Below, piece after piece: positions 27,229 to 35,789 of a stretch of 64,000 nucleotides of DNA (position 1 is the stretch's first letter; each line of letters begins with the position of its first letter). The translations under genes were made by a program, and so were the position numbers. The stretch is from IMG/VR virus record IMGVR_UViG_3300022602_000024, positions 186,001 through 250,000 of that record. One strand, 5' to 3'. The notes under the pieces were generated by a model. That model searched no databases. It saw only the letters and a list, made by a program, of their open reading frames with translations, and had not been told where the DNA came from.

Positions 27229-28443
27229 ATGTTCTCCTTAGATAGATTTTACGATATATTGCACAATAATTTAGTTACTCATTTTAAACAGGCACGGTCT
27301 CTCTATCCCTACCCATTTGGTTCTTACGATCGTAGTATCATGTTATGCTCACGTCATGAAACTATGCGATTTACCAGTGAGTTTTTTACTAATTCGTTTT
27401 TTCATTGTTACTTTTTTGATCAAGAACCATATTATGATTACAGTTTAGATATTATTAGAAATTCATTTAGCAAATACAGAGACAATACAAATCAACCCAA
27501 TCGTATTAGCATACTAGCAAATAGTGAACATTCAGTCATGAAATCAAATTTTATCAAATCGGAAAAATTATACGATTGGTATTATTTCTTCCACGGATTT
27601 GCAGCATTAGATTGGTATAGAGATTTTCAGTATTTGAATCCAACTTCATTTAATCGATTTAACAAAGTATTTATATGTTACAATCATCTAACATCAAAAT
27701 ATCGATCATATAGATTACACTTAGTAAGTAATTTAATATCAAAGGATTTAGTTAAACATGGATCTGTTAGTTTATTCCTTAAAGATGATCAAGGCACATG
27801 GGAAGACACCGTCAAAGATCGCAGTCACCCATTGGATAATCGGGCACGAGTTAAAATTTATAATACGTTAAAAAATATAACAGAACCGTTGACTATCGAC
27901 ACTGACTCTCCCGATGGCTCAATGAGTGCCAATGTTGATATAAAACAATTAACAAGTGCCCTATGGCACGTGGTAACAGAAACAGTATACTTCCTGCCCA
28001 AGTTGCATTTAACAGAAAAAATATTTAAACCCATTGTGGCTCGACGTCCGTTTATACTAGTGGCTGCACCAGGTAATCTAGCGTATCTGAAAAGTTATGG
28101 GTTTCGTACATTTGATCGTTGGATAGATGAAAGTTACGACCAGGAACAGGATCATTATGTACGTATAGAAAAGATTACCAATGAAATTGAAAAGTTATGT
28201 GCACTCAGTCCTGAACAACTAAAACAAATGCACACAGAAATGCAAGAAGTATTAGAATACAACTTCAATCATTTCTATACAACATTCAAAATAGCTATAG
28301 TTAATGAATTAGTGGATAATTTTGCAGGGATATTAGGTCAAGTTAACAACGGCCGACAACCCAACAATCATAGTCCCCATCATACTAGATTTGAACTTGC
28401 TCCAGCATACTTAGAAGAGGTAAAAAAACGGTTGTCTAAATAA
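27229..28443 (+). CDS. Glycosyltransferase-like protein (GT10-like TEK motif)
   Basis: VVTETV...LTEKIFKPI...GFRTF..WIDESYD. Confidence 0.5.
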   Translation: MFSLDRFYDILHNNLVTHFKQARSLYPYPFGSYDRSIMLCSRHETMRFTSEFFTNSFFHCYFFDQEPYYDYSLDIIRNSFSKYRDNTNQPNRISILANSEHSVMKSNFIKSEKLYDWYYFFHGFAALDWYRDFQYLNPTSFNRFNKVFICYNHLTSKYRSYRLHLVSNLISKDLVKHGSVSLFLKDDQGTWEDTVKDRSHPLDNRARVKIYNTLKNITEPLTIDTDSPDGSMSANVDIKQLTSALWHVVTETVYFLPKLHLTEKIFKPIVARRPFILVAAPGNLAYLKSYGFRTFDRWIDESYDQEQDHYVRIEKITNEIEKLCALSPEQLKQMHTEMQEVLEYNFNHFYTTFKIAIVNELVDNFAGILGQVNNGRQPNNHSPHHTRFELAPAYLEEVKKRLSK

Positions 28444-28476
28444 ATACTTGATAATAAGAATTTCAAGGAGCAACCA

Positions 28477-29061
28477 ATGGCATTAACAGATTCAGTGTTA
28501 AACCTACTTAACAAAAAACCCAAAGACTCAGACTTACAAGCAGATCCCTTACGTCCAGCACGTGAAGCCAAGATGAAGGATCGTGCAGGTATGGTTATCA
28601 GTGTGTTTGCATTAATATTGGCAGTGAATGCCTGGTATGGCAATAAACTCAGCAGTGCTACACTAAATGATACCATTGCTGCCAATGATGTTTGGAGTTT
28701 TTACGAAGCCAAGAGCATTAAACAAATGTTAGCTGAACAAAGCCTAGACGATGCTGTCGTTCGCAAAGACACAGACAAAATTGCCAAATTAGAAGCCAAG
28801 ATTGCTCGCTATGAAAGCGATCCCAAAACTGGCGAAGGCAAAGTAGAATTAATGGCCAAAGCCAAGGCAATTGAAGCCGAACGCGACCATGCAAAAAAGC
28901 AAAGCCCATGGATTGGGTTTGCTAGTACCTTATATCAATTATCAATTGTTGTTCTATCCGCAAGCATCTTGGCAGTAAGTATGTCAATGTTCTGGGGCAG
29001 CTTTTTTGTTGCCGGGTTAGGACTATTACTTTCAGCACAAGGTGTCTTCCTCTGGTTCTAA
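28477..29061 (+). CDS. DUF4337-like membrane protein
   Basis: TM - NDVWSFYEAKSIKQ - coiled coil - two TM. Confidence 0.7.
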   Translation: MALTDSVLNLLNKKPKDSDLQADPLRPAREAKMKDRAGMVISVFALILAVNAWYGNKLSSATLNDTIAANDVWSFYEAKSIKQMLAEQSLDDAVVRKDTDKIAKLEAKIARYESDPKTGEGKVELMAKAKAIEAERDHAKKQSPWIGFASTLYQLSIVVLSASILAVSMSMFWGSFFVAGLGLLLSAQGVFLWF

Positions 29062-29073
29062 GGAGCCAGGCGT

Positions 29074-29850
29074 GTGGATCCGTTAACACTTTTTGCCTTG
29101 GCCAATGGGGCAGTACAGGCCGTTAAAAAAGGCTGTCAACTGTACAAAGACATCAAGGGTGCTGCCGGAGATGTTAAAGCCGTCCTTAAAGATCTTGACG
29201 ACCAATTTCACACAAATCATCCGCCCGACAAACCTGCCACGGTTACTCAACGTAACGCTTACATAGAAGAAAAGAATCGTGTAATCGAGCTGAACAAAAA
29301 GCAAGGAGAAACTGTTGGAATTTACCAAGAGCTAGCCAACTATCTTGGTGACTTCTTTGACAACATGAACAAGTGCATGGCTGTTATTGAAGAAGAAGAA
29401 CGCAAAAACCGTGAAGAAATATACGAAGGTGAAGAAAGTCTAGGTCGTCGTGCTTTACAATTGGTTATAATGAAAAAGCAGTTGGAGCAAATGCAAGTTG
29501 AACTACGTGAAATGATGATTTACAACTCTCCCCCAGAGTTAGGTGCACTATGGACTGACGTCAGCGAAATGATGAAAGAAATGGGTGCACAACAAAAGTT
29601 TCTACTCACTAACAAAATGCGTGCTGAAGAAGTTCAAGCTAAAAGACGTAGAGCTAGAATGAAAGCGTTACGAGACGAAGCAATCTGGGGTGTTCTAATG
29701 TTGGTTGGGGTATTCACTACTGCTAGCTTGTTTGTTTGGGTGGCATATGACCGGCAACAAAAATATCCGCAATACGGTGCTGGATTGTTTCCTAGAACCG
29801 AAGATGAACGCAGAGTAGAAGAAGGCCCGCAAAAATATGTTGGTCGATAA
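29074..29850 (+). CDS. Coiled-coil membrane protein with MDPLT N-terminal helix
   Basis: GTG start, SD AAGGAG, C-terminal TM. Confidence 0.7.
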   Translation: MDPLTLFALANGAVQAVKKGCQLYKDIKGAAGDVKAVLKDLDDQFHTNHPPDKPATVTQRNAYIEEKNRVIELNKKQGETVGIYQELANYLGDFFDNMNKCMAVIEEEERKNREEIYEGEESLGRRALQLVIMKKQLEQMQVELREMMIYNSPPELGALWTDVSEMMKEMGAQQKFLLTNKMRAEEVQAKRRRARMKALRDEAIWGVLMLVGVFTTASLFVWVAYDRQQKYPQYGAGLFPRTEDERRVEEGPQKYVGR

Positions 29851-29855
29851 AGTGG

Positions 29856-29996
29856 TTATCGGAAAAAATGAATATAAACCAACAGAACAATCATTGCTAT
29901 TGACCATAATCCAAGTACTATAGCAAACATTGACCAAAAGAATACTGCAAAGGACAAGTCCAGTACCCAATCTGTGAAGGATCGTTCATTACTCAT
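29856..29996 (-). CDS. 46-aa membrane peptide
   Basis: Manually read MSNERSFTDWVLDLSFAVFFW...; TAAATA 5 nt upstream. Confidence 0.5.
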   Translation of the reverse strand: MSNERSFTDWVLDLSFAVFFWSMFAIVLGLWSIAMIVLLVYIHFFR

Positions 29997-30039
29997 ATAA
30001 ATATTTAACTACCTGTTATATTCCGTTAAACGCTATGTA

Positions 30040-30074
30040 AAGTAATGTAACTGTAATATAACAAGATATAAATA
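30040..30074 (+). promoter_or_regulatory. Pho-box-like repeat plus late TATAAATA promoter
   Basis: AAGTAAT-gtaa-CTGTAAT, 11-nt gap, TAAATA. Confidence 0.5.
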
Positions 30075-30098
30075 CTTGTAATTCAACTAAGGTGCCCT

Positions 30099-31148
30099 GT
30101 GTCAAAAATATTATTCATTCTCAAGCGTCGTGAAGATTTCAACGCAACCGTCCATAACCATGTAGGACTAAGTACAGGCCTATATAATAGTGCCAGTTTT
30201 ATGAACAACATGCTCAATGATTTAGATATCGAATCTAAGTTAGTGGTTGTTCCCGACAACAATTCCATAGACCGCGAAGTCACTGCTTTTAAACCGACTC
30301 ATGTTATCATTGAGGCCTTGTGGGTAGTACCTCAGAAGTTTGCTATCTTACAAAAGTTGCATCCTAATGTAAAATGGATTATCCGTATCCACAGTGAAAT
30401 GCCATTCATGGCCGGAGAAGGTATGGCCATGGATTGGTTAGGTGATTACAGTATGTTTAAAAATATAATCATTGGTGTTAATGCACCACGTATGTTGCGT
30501 GAAACAAGATTATATCTACAGCATAAAAATCAATGGGACGATGCTACGACAGAAGAAAAAGTAATTTATATGCCAAATTACTATCCGCAGGATTATGTCA
30601 ATAAACAATTCAGCAAAAACAAGTACTGGATTGATGTCAGTTGTTTTGGTGCAGTTCGTCCACTTAAAAATCATTTAGTCCAAGCATTTGCTGCCATTGA
30701 TTTTGCAAATAAAATAGGCAAACAACTGCGGTTCCACGTCAATGCAGGACGTATTGAAATGCAGGGTGGTCCAGCCTTGGCCAATCTCAAAGGTCTATTC
30801 CAACAAATAAGCGATCACGGGCATCAACTGATCAATCATCAATGGACTCCACGTGAACAATTCTTAGAATTGTGCGCCGAAATGGACATTGGTCTTCAAT
30901 GTAGCTTTAGCGAAACATTCAATATCGTAGGTGCAGATATCATTAGTCAGGGTGTTCCGCTTGTGGGCAGCCGAGAAATACCCTGGGCTATACCAATATT
31001 TTGTGCTGATCCTACTTCTAGCGAAGATATATGCAATAAATTGATGTTGGCATACCGTTGGCCACAAATCAATGTACTATCAAATCAATGGGCATTAACA
31101 CGCTATACCAGTAAAACTGCCAATACATGGCATAAATACTTCAGTTAA
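30099..31148 (+). CDS. GT-B fold glycosyltransferase-like protein
   Basis: FGAVRPLKNH and DIGLQCSFSETFNIVGAD..SQGVPLVGS resemble GT4 C-domain. Confidence 0.6.
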   Translation: MSKILFILKRREDFNATVHNHVGLSTGLYNSASFMNNMLNDLDIESKLVVVPDNNSIDREVTAFKPTHVIIEALWVVPQKFAILQKLHPNVKWIIRIHSEMPFMAGEGMAMDWLGDYSMFKNIIIGVNAPRMLRETRLYLQHKNQWDDATTEEKVIYMPNYYPQDYVNKQFSKNKYWIDVSCFGAVRPLKNHLVQAFAAIDFANKIGKQLRFHVNAGRIEMQGGPALANLKGLFQQISDHGHQLINHQWTPREQFLELCAEMDIGLQCSFSETFNIVGADIISQGVPLVGSREIPWAIPIFCADPTSSEDICNKLMLAYRWPQINVLSNQWALTRYTSKTANTWHKYFS

Positions 31149-31158
31149 GGAAACAACT

Positions 31159-31365
31159 ATGTCAAGAGCTCACAGAGTAAGAACACACCACTGGAGAATG
31201 GGTCGATTAGAAGTTAAAGATCAGATTTTTGAATCCGAAGAGGCTGCGCTAGCGTTTGCTAATAGCGTTGAAGGTGCTGATAGTGTAAAGGTATTCGATC
31301 ATACCAATCAATTATCTCACAACATTGTCGAACAAGGTACTCCAACTGCAGAAAGTTATGCCTAA
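31159..31365 (+). CDS. Small protein, paralog 1 of tandem trio
   Basis: HRV..H.W..G.L....FES.E.A..FA...VKV...L.H...YA. Confidence 0.8.
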   Translation: MSRAHRVRTHHWRMGRLEVKDQIFESEEAALAFANSVEGADSVKVFDHTNQLSHNIVEQGTPTAESYA

Positions 31366-31563
31366 ATGCCTAATTTTCACAAAGTAAAATCTCATCGTTG
31401 GATCGACGGTAAACTAACAACTGTATGGGATTTTTTTGAGTCATTTGAAGATGCAAAGATATTTGCAGAAAATCAAGTAGATTCACACTCAGTGAAGGTT
31501 TACACAGATTCTAACGAATTACTTCATAGTATACAACCCACTATTACTAATACTTACGCATAA
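31366..31563 (+). CDS. Small protein, paralog 2 of tandem trio
   Basis: Same motif, ends NTYA. Confidence 0.8.
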   Translation: MPNFHKVKSHRWIDGKLTTVWDFFESFEDAKIFAENQVDSHSVKVYTDSNELLHSIQPTITNTYA

Positions 31564-31572
31564 GGATTTACC

Positions 31573-31764
31573 ATGGCAGATCATCGAGTTAGACAACATA
31601 CGTGGATTGGCGGAATATTAAAAACCGTAGATCACTTCTTTGAGGAAATCGAAGAAGCCATAGGTTTTGCAAAAAAACAAGATGCACATACTATCAAAGT
31701 ATACGATGCTAATGGACAACTAGTACATCACGAAGACCCTAAGCCCGTGAATACTTACGCTTAA
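31573..31764 (+). CDS. Small protein, paralog 3 of tandem trio
   Basis: Same motif, ends NTYA. Confidence 0.8.
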   Translation: MADHRVRQHTWIGGILKTVDHFFEEIEEAIGFAKKQDAHTIKVYDANGQLVHHEDPKPVNTYA

Positions 31765-31767
31765 TCA

Positions 31768-32481
31768 ATGTTGGCACTAATTTATACACTTGTGGTCACA
31801 CATATTACCATAGTATGTGTGACTTTGTTTTTGCATCGCGGTCAAGCACATCGCGGATTTGAATTTAATCCTGTAGTCGAACACTTTATGCGCTTTTGGT
31901 TATGGCTAACCACGGGCATGATTACTAAGCAATGGGTTGCTATACATCGCAAACATCATCAATACAGTGATTTAGCAAGAGATCCACACAGTCCTGTGGT
32001 ATACGGCCTATGGCGTGTGTTGTTTGGCGGTGCTTTGTTGTATAGTTCGGCAGCCAAAGATGCGGAAATGGTTGCCCAATATGGCGTAGGAACTCCAGAT
32101 GATTGGATTGAGCGTAACTTATATACCCCACATAACTTCACTGGCATAGGAATAATGTTGCTAATAGATATGTCTATATTCGGACCATGGGGATTTGTAG
32201 TATGGGCGGTGCAAATGTTATGGATACCGTTTTGGGCTGCAGGAGTTATCAATGGTCTAGGACACTGGTGGGGTTATCGCAATGGCAATTCTAGAGACAA
32301 TAGTCGCAACTTAGTGCCCTGGGGTATTATAGTTGGTGGAGAAGAACTACATAACAATCATCATTTGAGCCCAGCAAGACCCAAGTTAAGTCTAAAACCT
32401 GGTGAATTTGATATAGGGTGGATGTATATCCGTATACTACAAGCTCTAGGTCTTGTAAAAATCAATAGGCCTCTGCAATAA
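31768..32481 (+). CDS. Membrane fatty-acid desaturase (delta-9 / DesA-like)
   Basis: His boxes LHRGQAH, HRKHH, HNNHH; EFDIGW. Confidence 0.92.
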   Translation: MLALIYTLVVTHITIVCVTLFLHRGQAHRGFEFNPVVEHFMRFWLWLTTGMITKQWVAIHRKHHQYSDLARDPHSPVVYGLWRVLFGGALLYSSAAKDAEMVAQYGVGTPDDWIERNLYTPHNFTGIGIMLLIDMSIFGPWGFVVWAVQMLWIPFWAAGVINGLGHWWGYRNGNSRDNSRNLVPWGIIVGGEELHNNHHLSPARPKLSLKPGEFDIGWMYIRILQALGLVKINRPLQ

Positions 32482-33172
32482 ACTCTGCTTCGGGAATACG
32501 TGTATGCGTATTCTTACTACCAAGCACTACAACAATTCTACGTCCCACATCAGTATCTAACATCATTACAATGCATCCGCCTGATGCGTGTATGTAACCT
32601 GTTTTGCTGACAATAAAATTGTGTCGTTTGCCAATGACAGGGTTAGTATTATATAATATTAGCCAACGACGCTTCATACGAATCTTTACAATGGGACTAG
32701 CAGCCGCATCAACAATGGGTTTATACTTACTGGCTTCGGTTACTAGTTTAACCAACTCGCCGGCAGTACTGACATTAAACACACTGAGACCAGTTGCTTC
32801 GATAAAGTGAGTATGTGTCATACCTAACTGTTGTGCTTTGGCATTCATTGCTGTGACACAAGCAGTTTTACCGCCAGGGTAATAATCGCACAACAACTTT
32901 GCTGAGTTATTATCAGATTTTACCAACGCCATCATTATGCGTTGTTCTCTACTGACTCCTATTAAGTCAGTATGTGGATTTTGATCTGCATCTAACACCA
33001 CCATGACCGTCATTAGTTTACTAATGCTAGCAATAGGACGAACTTCTTCAATATTTTCGCTTTGTAATAACTTACCTTCACCGTCGGCCACTAACCAACT
33101 TGTAGCAGTTATTGTTTTAGCAAAGGTAGGTAATACAACTGTTGTTAACAACACCAATAAAAGTTTTTTCAT
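32462..33172 (-). CDS. pbpG: Peptidase S11 D-alanyl-D-alanine endo/carboxypeptidase (PbpG-like)
   Basis: Signal peptide; SISK (SxxK), SDN, KTG. Confidence 0.88.
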   Translation of the reverse strand: MKKLLLVLLTTVVLPTFAKTITATSWLVADGEGKLLQSENIEEVRPIASISKLMTVMVVLDADQNPHTDLIGVSREQRIMMALVKSDNNSAKLLCDYYPGGKTACVTAMNAKAQQLGMTHTHFIEATGLSVFNVSTAGELVKLVTEASKYKPIVDAAASPIVKIRMKRRWLILYNTNPVIGKRHNFIVSKTGYIHASGGCIVMMLDTDVGRRIVVVLGSKNTHTRIPEAEFIAEAY

Positions 33173-33302
33173 TTGGACTTATTAATGCTCGAAAGGTCGT
33201 TTAAGATAGCGTATGGCATAAAGTACAATTGTAGCATCCACCATTGGTTCAAGTCAAACCATTTGGCTAATAGTTTATCCAATACTGGGGGTACAATATA
33301 CA

Positions 33303-34124
33303 TTATCGTTGTGCCATTTGGAAACGTTTTTCCAAATCTTGTCTGCGATCCAAGTGAACTGCTTTGTTTTTACCAGGGTCAACGGTTTGAGTTGCGGCAG
33401 TTACGTTGTGTTGTCCACGACGTTTTAAATCTGGTTCAACTCTATTTTTCCAAAACCATAAACTTGTGCGTAAGGCTATTTCGGGTTTGGCAACCAAGTC
33501 GGGATTTTGAACTAATCTATCATCACCAAATATGTCTCTAGAGGCTGCAGTATAGTTCCAACGTCCTGTAAGCATAATAAACCCGCGTCCTTTAAAACGT
33601 GGACCGTCTCCGGGCTTTACATTGCCTAAACTTTTGCGTCCTTCATACTGTTTGCCTGAACTGTCTTCAACTAGTTTAGTAAACATAGCCGACTCATGCG
33701 CACATGTAGCTAAGAATGCCATTAGGTATGCACCAGTTATGTGTTCTGCTTCAGCAAACTTCTTTAAGATTGGTTCCAGCGGGGATTTAGTTACAGGAAT
33801 ATACTCGTGTTTAGCAGGTGCAACACCTTTTGCTTGTTGTGATGCAGGATGTGCCGGTGCCTTCGGGTTAGCGGCTTGAACTGTTGTAGTAGCCGCAGTT
33901 GCTAACTTTTCTTTTGCATCATTTAAGAACTGAATGATAATGCCAAGTTTGTCATCCTCTACTGGCGCAAGTGACATGTTATTTTGTTTACTATAATGTG
34001 TAACAAAATCATCCAGTTCGTCAGCTTTGGTGCCTGTAACACCTGCGGCTGCCGCGGCGCCTGCACCAAATTTTCTTAGGACATCGCGTCTAGTATCTTC
34101 GTTTAATATATCATGTAGGAACAT
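33303..34124 (-). CDS. GH19 chitinase-like lysozyme with twin-arginine-like N-terminus
   Basis: AHES, YEGRKSLGN..PGDG..FKGRG..MLTGR.NY; TRRDVLRK. Confidence 0.88.
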   Translation of the reverse strand: MFLHDILNEDTRRDVLRKFGAGAAAAAGVTGTKADELDDFVTHYSKQNNMSLAPVEDDKLGIIIQFLNDAKEKLATAATTTVQAANPKAPAHPASQQAKGVAPAKHEYIPVTKSPLEPILKKFAEAEHITGAYLMAFLATCAHESAMFTKLVEDSSGKQYEGRKSLGNVKPGDGPRFKGRGFIMLTGRWNYTAASRDIFGDDRLVQNPDLVAKPEIALRTSLWFWKNRVEPDLKRRGQHNVTAATQTVDPGKNKAVHLDRRQDLEKRFQMAQR

Positions 34125-34135
34125 GAAGTATTTAG

Positions 34136-34927
34136 TTAAATACCGTCAGGTCTATACTTTGAGTTCTTTGCTATTGCGGCATTCAAAACCGCTAAATTGA
34201 TGTCTAAATCACGTGCAATCTTAGCCAAAGCGGCAGTATCCTTAGGGAAACATGCACCTCCATAGCCTCTACTGCCGTCAGGCCCGGGTACTGCCCAATG
34301 ACTAGTGCCCAAGCGTGGATCTGTTTTGGCCATATCTGCAATAGTGGCCCAATCAATACCTAGAGATTGACACAGATCGTAATATTCATTATTAACTGTT
34401 ACTTTGATTGCTAACTGTGTGTTAGCCAAATACTTGAACATACTGGCTTCGGCTACTGTGCAGTAATCAATTTTTCCGTAAAACTTAACTGAACTTTTGT
34501 CGATCAATACCTTAGTAATATCTGCTCTGAGTCCTTCAGAGCACCCAATGACCACTTTGTGTGGTTCCAAGTAATCGTTGACTGCGTTTACCTGTGTTAA
34601 AAATTCAGGCACATGAGCAAAACGTAATCCGGACTCTTTTTCTAAATGAGTGTATACTGAGGGACTTGCAGTGCTTTTACTGATTACAAGACCTCGATAT
34701 CCAAACAGTTGTTCAACGACTAACTCTAATATGCTGGTATCACAAGCACCGTCTGCACTTTGTGGTGTAGGCACACAGATAAAAATAACATCGCATTTGT
34801 CTTTTAATTCGCTAAGTGGTCTGCTGATGTCCGGATATGCGGGATCATTGATCATTAACTCATCGGGTCTATAACTTGCTGCCACTGCTGAACCTACATA
34901 GCCGCGGCCTATAATGCCTACATTCAT
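34136..34927 (-). CDS. Short UDP-glucose 6-dehydrogenase family protein
   Basis: GRGYVG, PEFL, GYGGACFPKD; lacks C-terminal UDP-binding domain. Confidence 0.85.
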   Translation of the reverse strand: MNVGIIGRGYVGSAVAASYRPDELMINDPAYPDISRPLSELKDKCDVIFICVPTPQSADGACDTSILELVVEQLFGYRGLVISKSTASPSVYTHLEKESGLRFAHVPEFLTQVNAVNDYLEPHKVVIGCSEGLRADITKVLIDKSSVKFYGKIDYCTVAEASMFKYLANTQLAIKVTVNNEYYDLCQSLGIDWATIADMAKTDPRLGTSHWAVPGPDGSRGYGGACFPKDTAALAKIARDLDINLAVLNAAIAKNSKYRPDGI

Positions 34928-34952
34928 TGAAAACTCCTAATTGAACTAATAT

Positions 34953-35180
34953 TTATTTTGCTAAAGTCAGACTGTCTTTAAAAATCTTCCAACAACTTTC
35001 CCAAGACCAACGATGACTGGCTTGTTCTACTTGTGTTCTATCCATCATTATACACTGATCCACTGCGGCACGCAAGCCCACAGATTCCGAAACCATAAAT
35101 CCAGTTATGCCTTGATCTACAACATCCTTGGTTCCTAAGTGTACATCACTAATGAAAATAGTCCTGTAAGTTTTGTTCAT
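34953..35180 (-). pseudogene. In-frame chimera: N-terminus of LpxH/PlcP-like phosphoesterase joined to C-terminus of GT4 glycosyltransferase
   Basis: YRTIFISDVHLGTKD | VVDQGITG...RWSWESCWKIF. Confidence 0.7.
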
Positions 35181-35184
35181 ATTG

Positions 35185-35219
35185 TATTTACGTAGAAGAT
35201 TGTTACAATTGTGTTACAA
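35185..35219 (-). promoter_or_regulatory. Pho-box-like repeat plus TAAATA
   Basis: TTGTAAC-acaa-TTGTAAC, 11-nt gap, TAAATA, 4 nt, ATG. Confidence 0.7.
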
Positions 35220-35221
35220 TC

Positions 35222-35788
35222 TTATTTGTTGGCCAATGGATTGTCGATGGCTTTTTGGATTTTGCTGTCTACATCTCTATTGAGTTTTTCCAATTTGGCA
35301 TCTGTAGTAGATTTTAACTTGTCCATGTCATTGCGCACTTTGTCTAGGTCGTCGCGCACATCTTTGCGCATGGCACGTATCTCTGCGTCTGTTTCACGCA
35401 TGGTTTCTTTTGAACTGCGCTCCACTGTTTCGGTAACTGATTCGTTACGACGTATGTCATTTTTTAAATCGTTTTTGATGTCACGAGTATAGTCATTGGT
35501 CTTGCCCAGAGTTTCTTCAATCACTGCCAGGCGCTTGTCGTAGTCGCTCAAGTCTGGTGCTGAGTAATCAGCAATCTTTTTCTTCATATTCATATAGTCT
35601 TGGTAAACTTGGAAACATCCGTATAGTCCACCAAGTAACGAGCTAGCCAATGTAAATGCCACCATTAGTTTTGCTGGGGTGAATTCATATCCGCCGATGC
35701 TGATAACTGTATCTTTGCTGGCATACTTTTTTACTGCTGCTTCAGCATCATCAATTTTTGCATCAACACTTTTAATTTCTTCTGACAT
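35222..35788 (-). CDS. TM plus coiled-coil hypothetical protein
   Basis: One TM, heptad-rich C-terminus. Confidence 0.75.
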   Translation of the reverse strand: MSEEIKSVDAKIDDAEAAVKKYASKDTVISIGGYEFTPAKLMVAFTLASSLLGGLYGCFQVYQDYMNMKKKIADYSAPDLSDYDKRLAVIEETLGKTNDYTRDIKNDLKNDIRRNESVTETVERSSKETMRETDAEIRAMRKDVRDDLDKVRNDMDKLKSTTDAKLEKLNRDVDSKIQKAIDNPLANK

Positions 35789-35789
35789 A

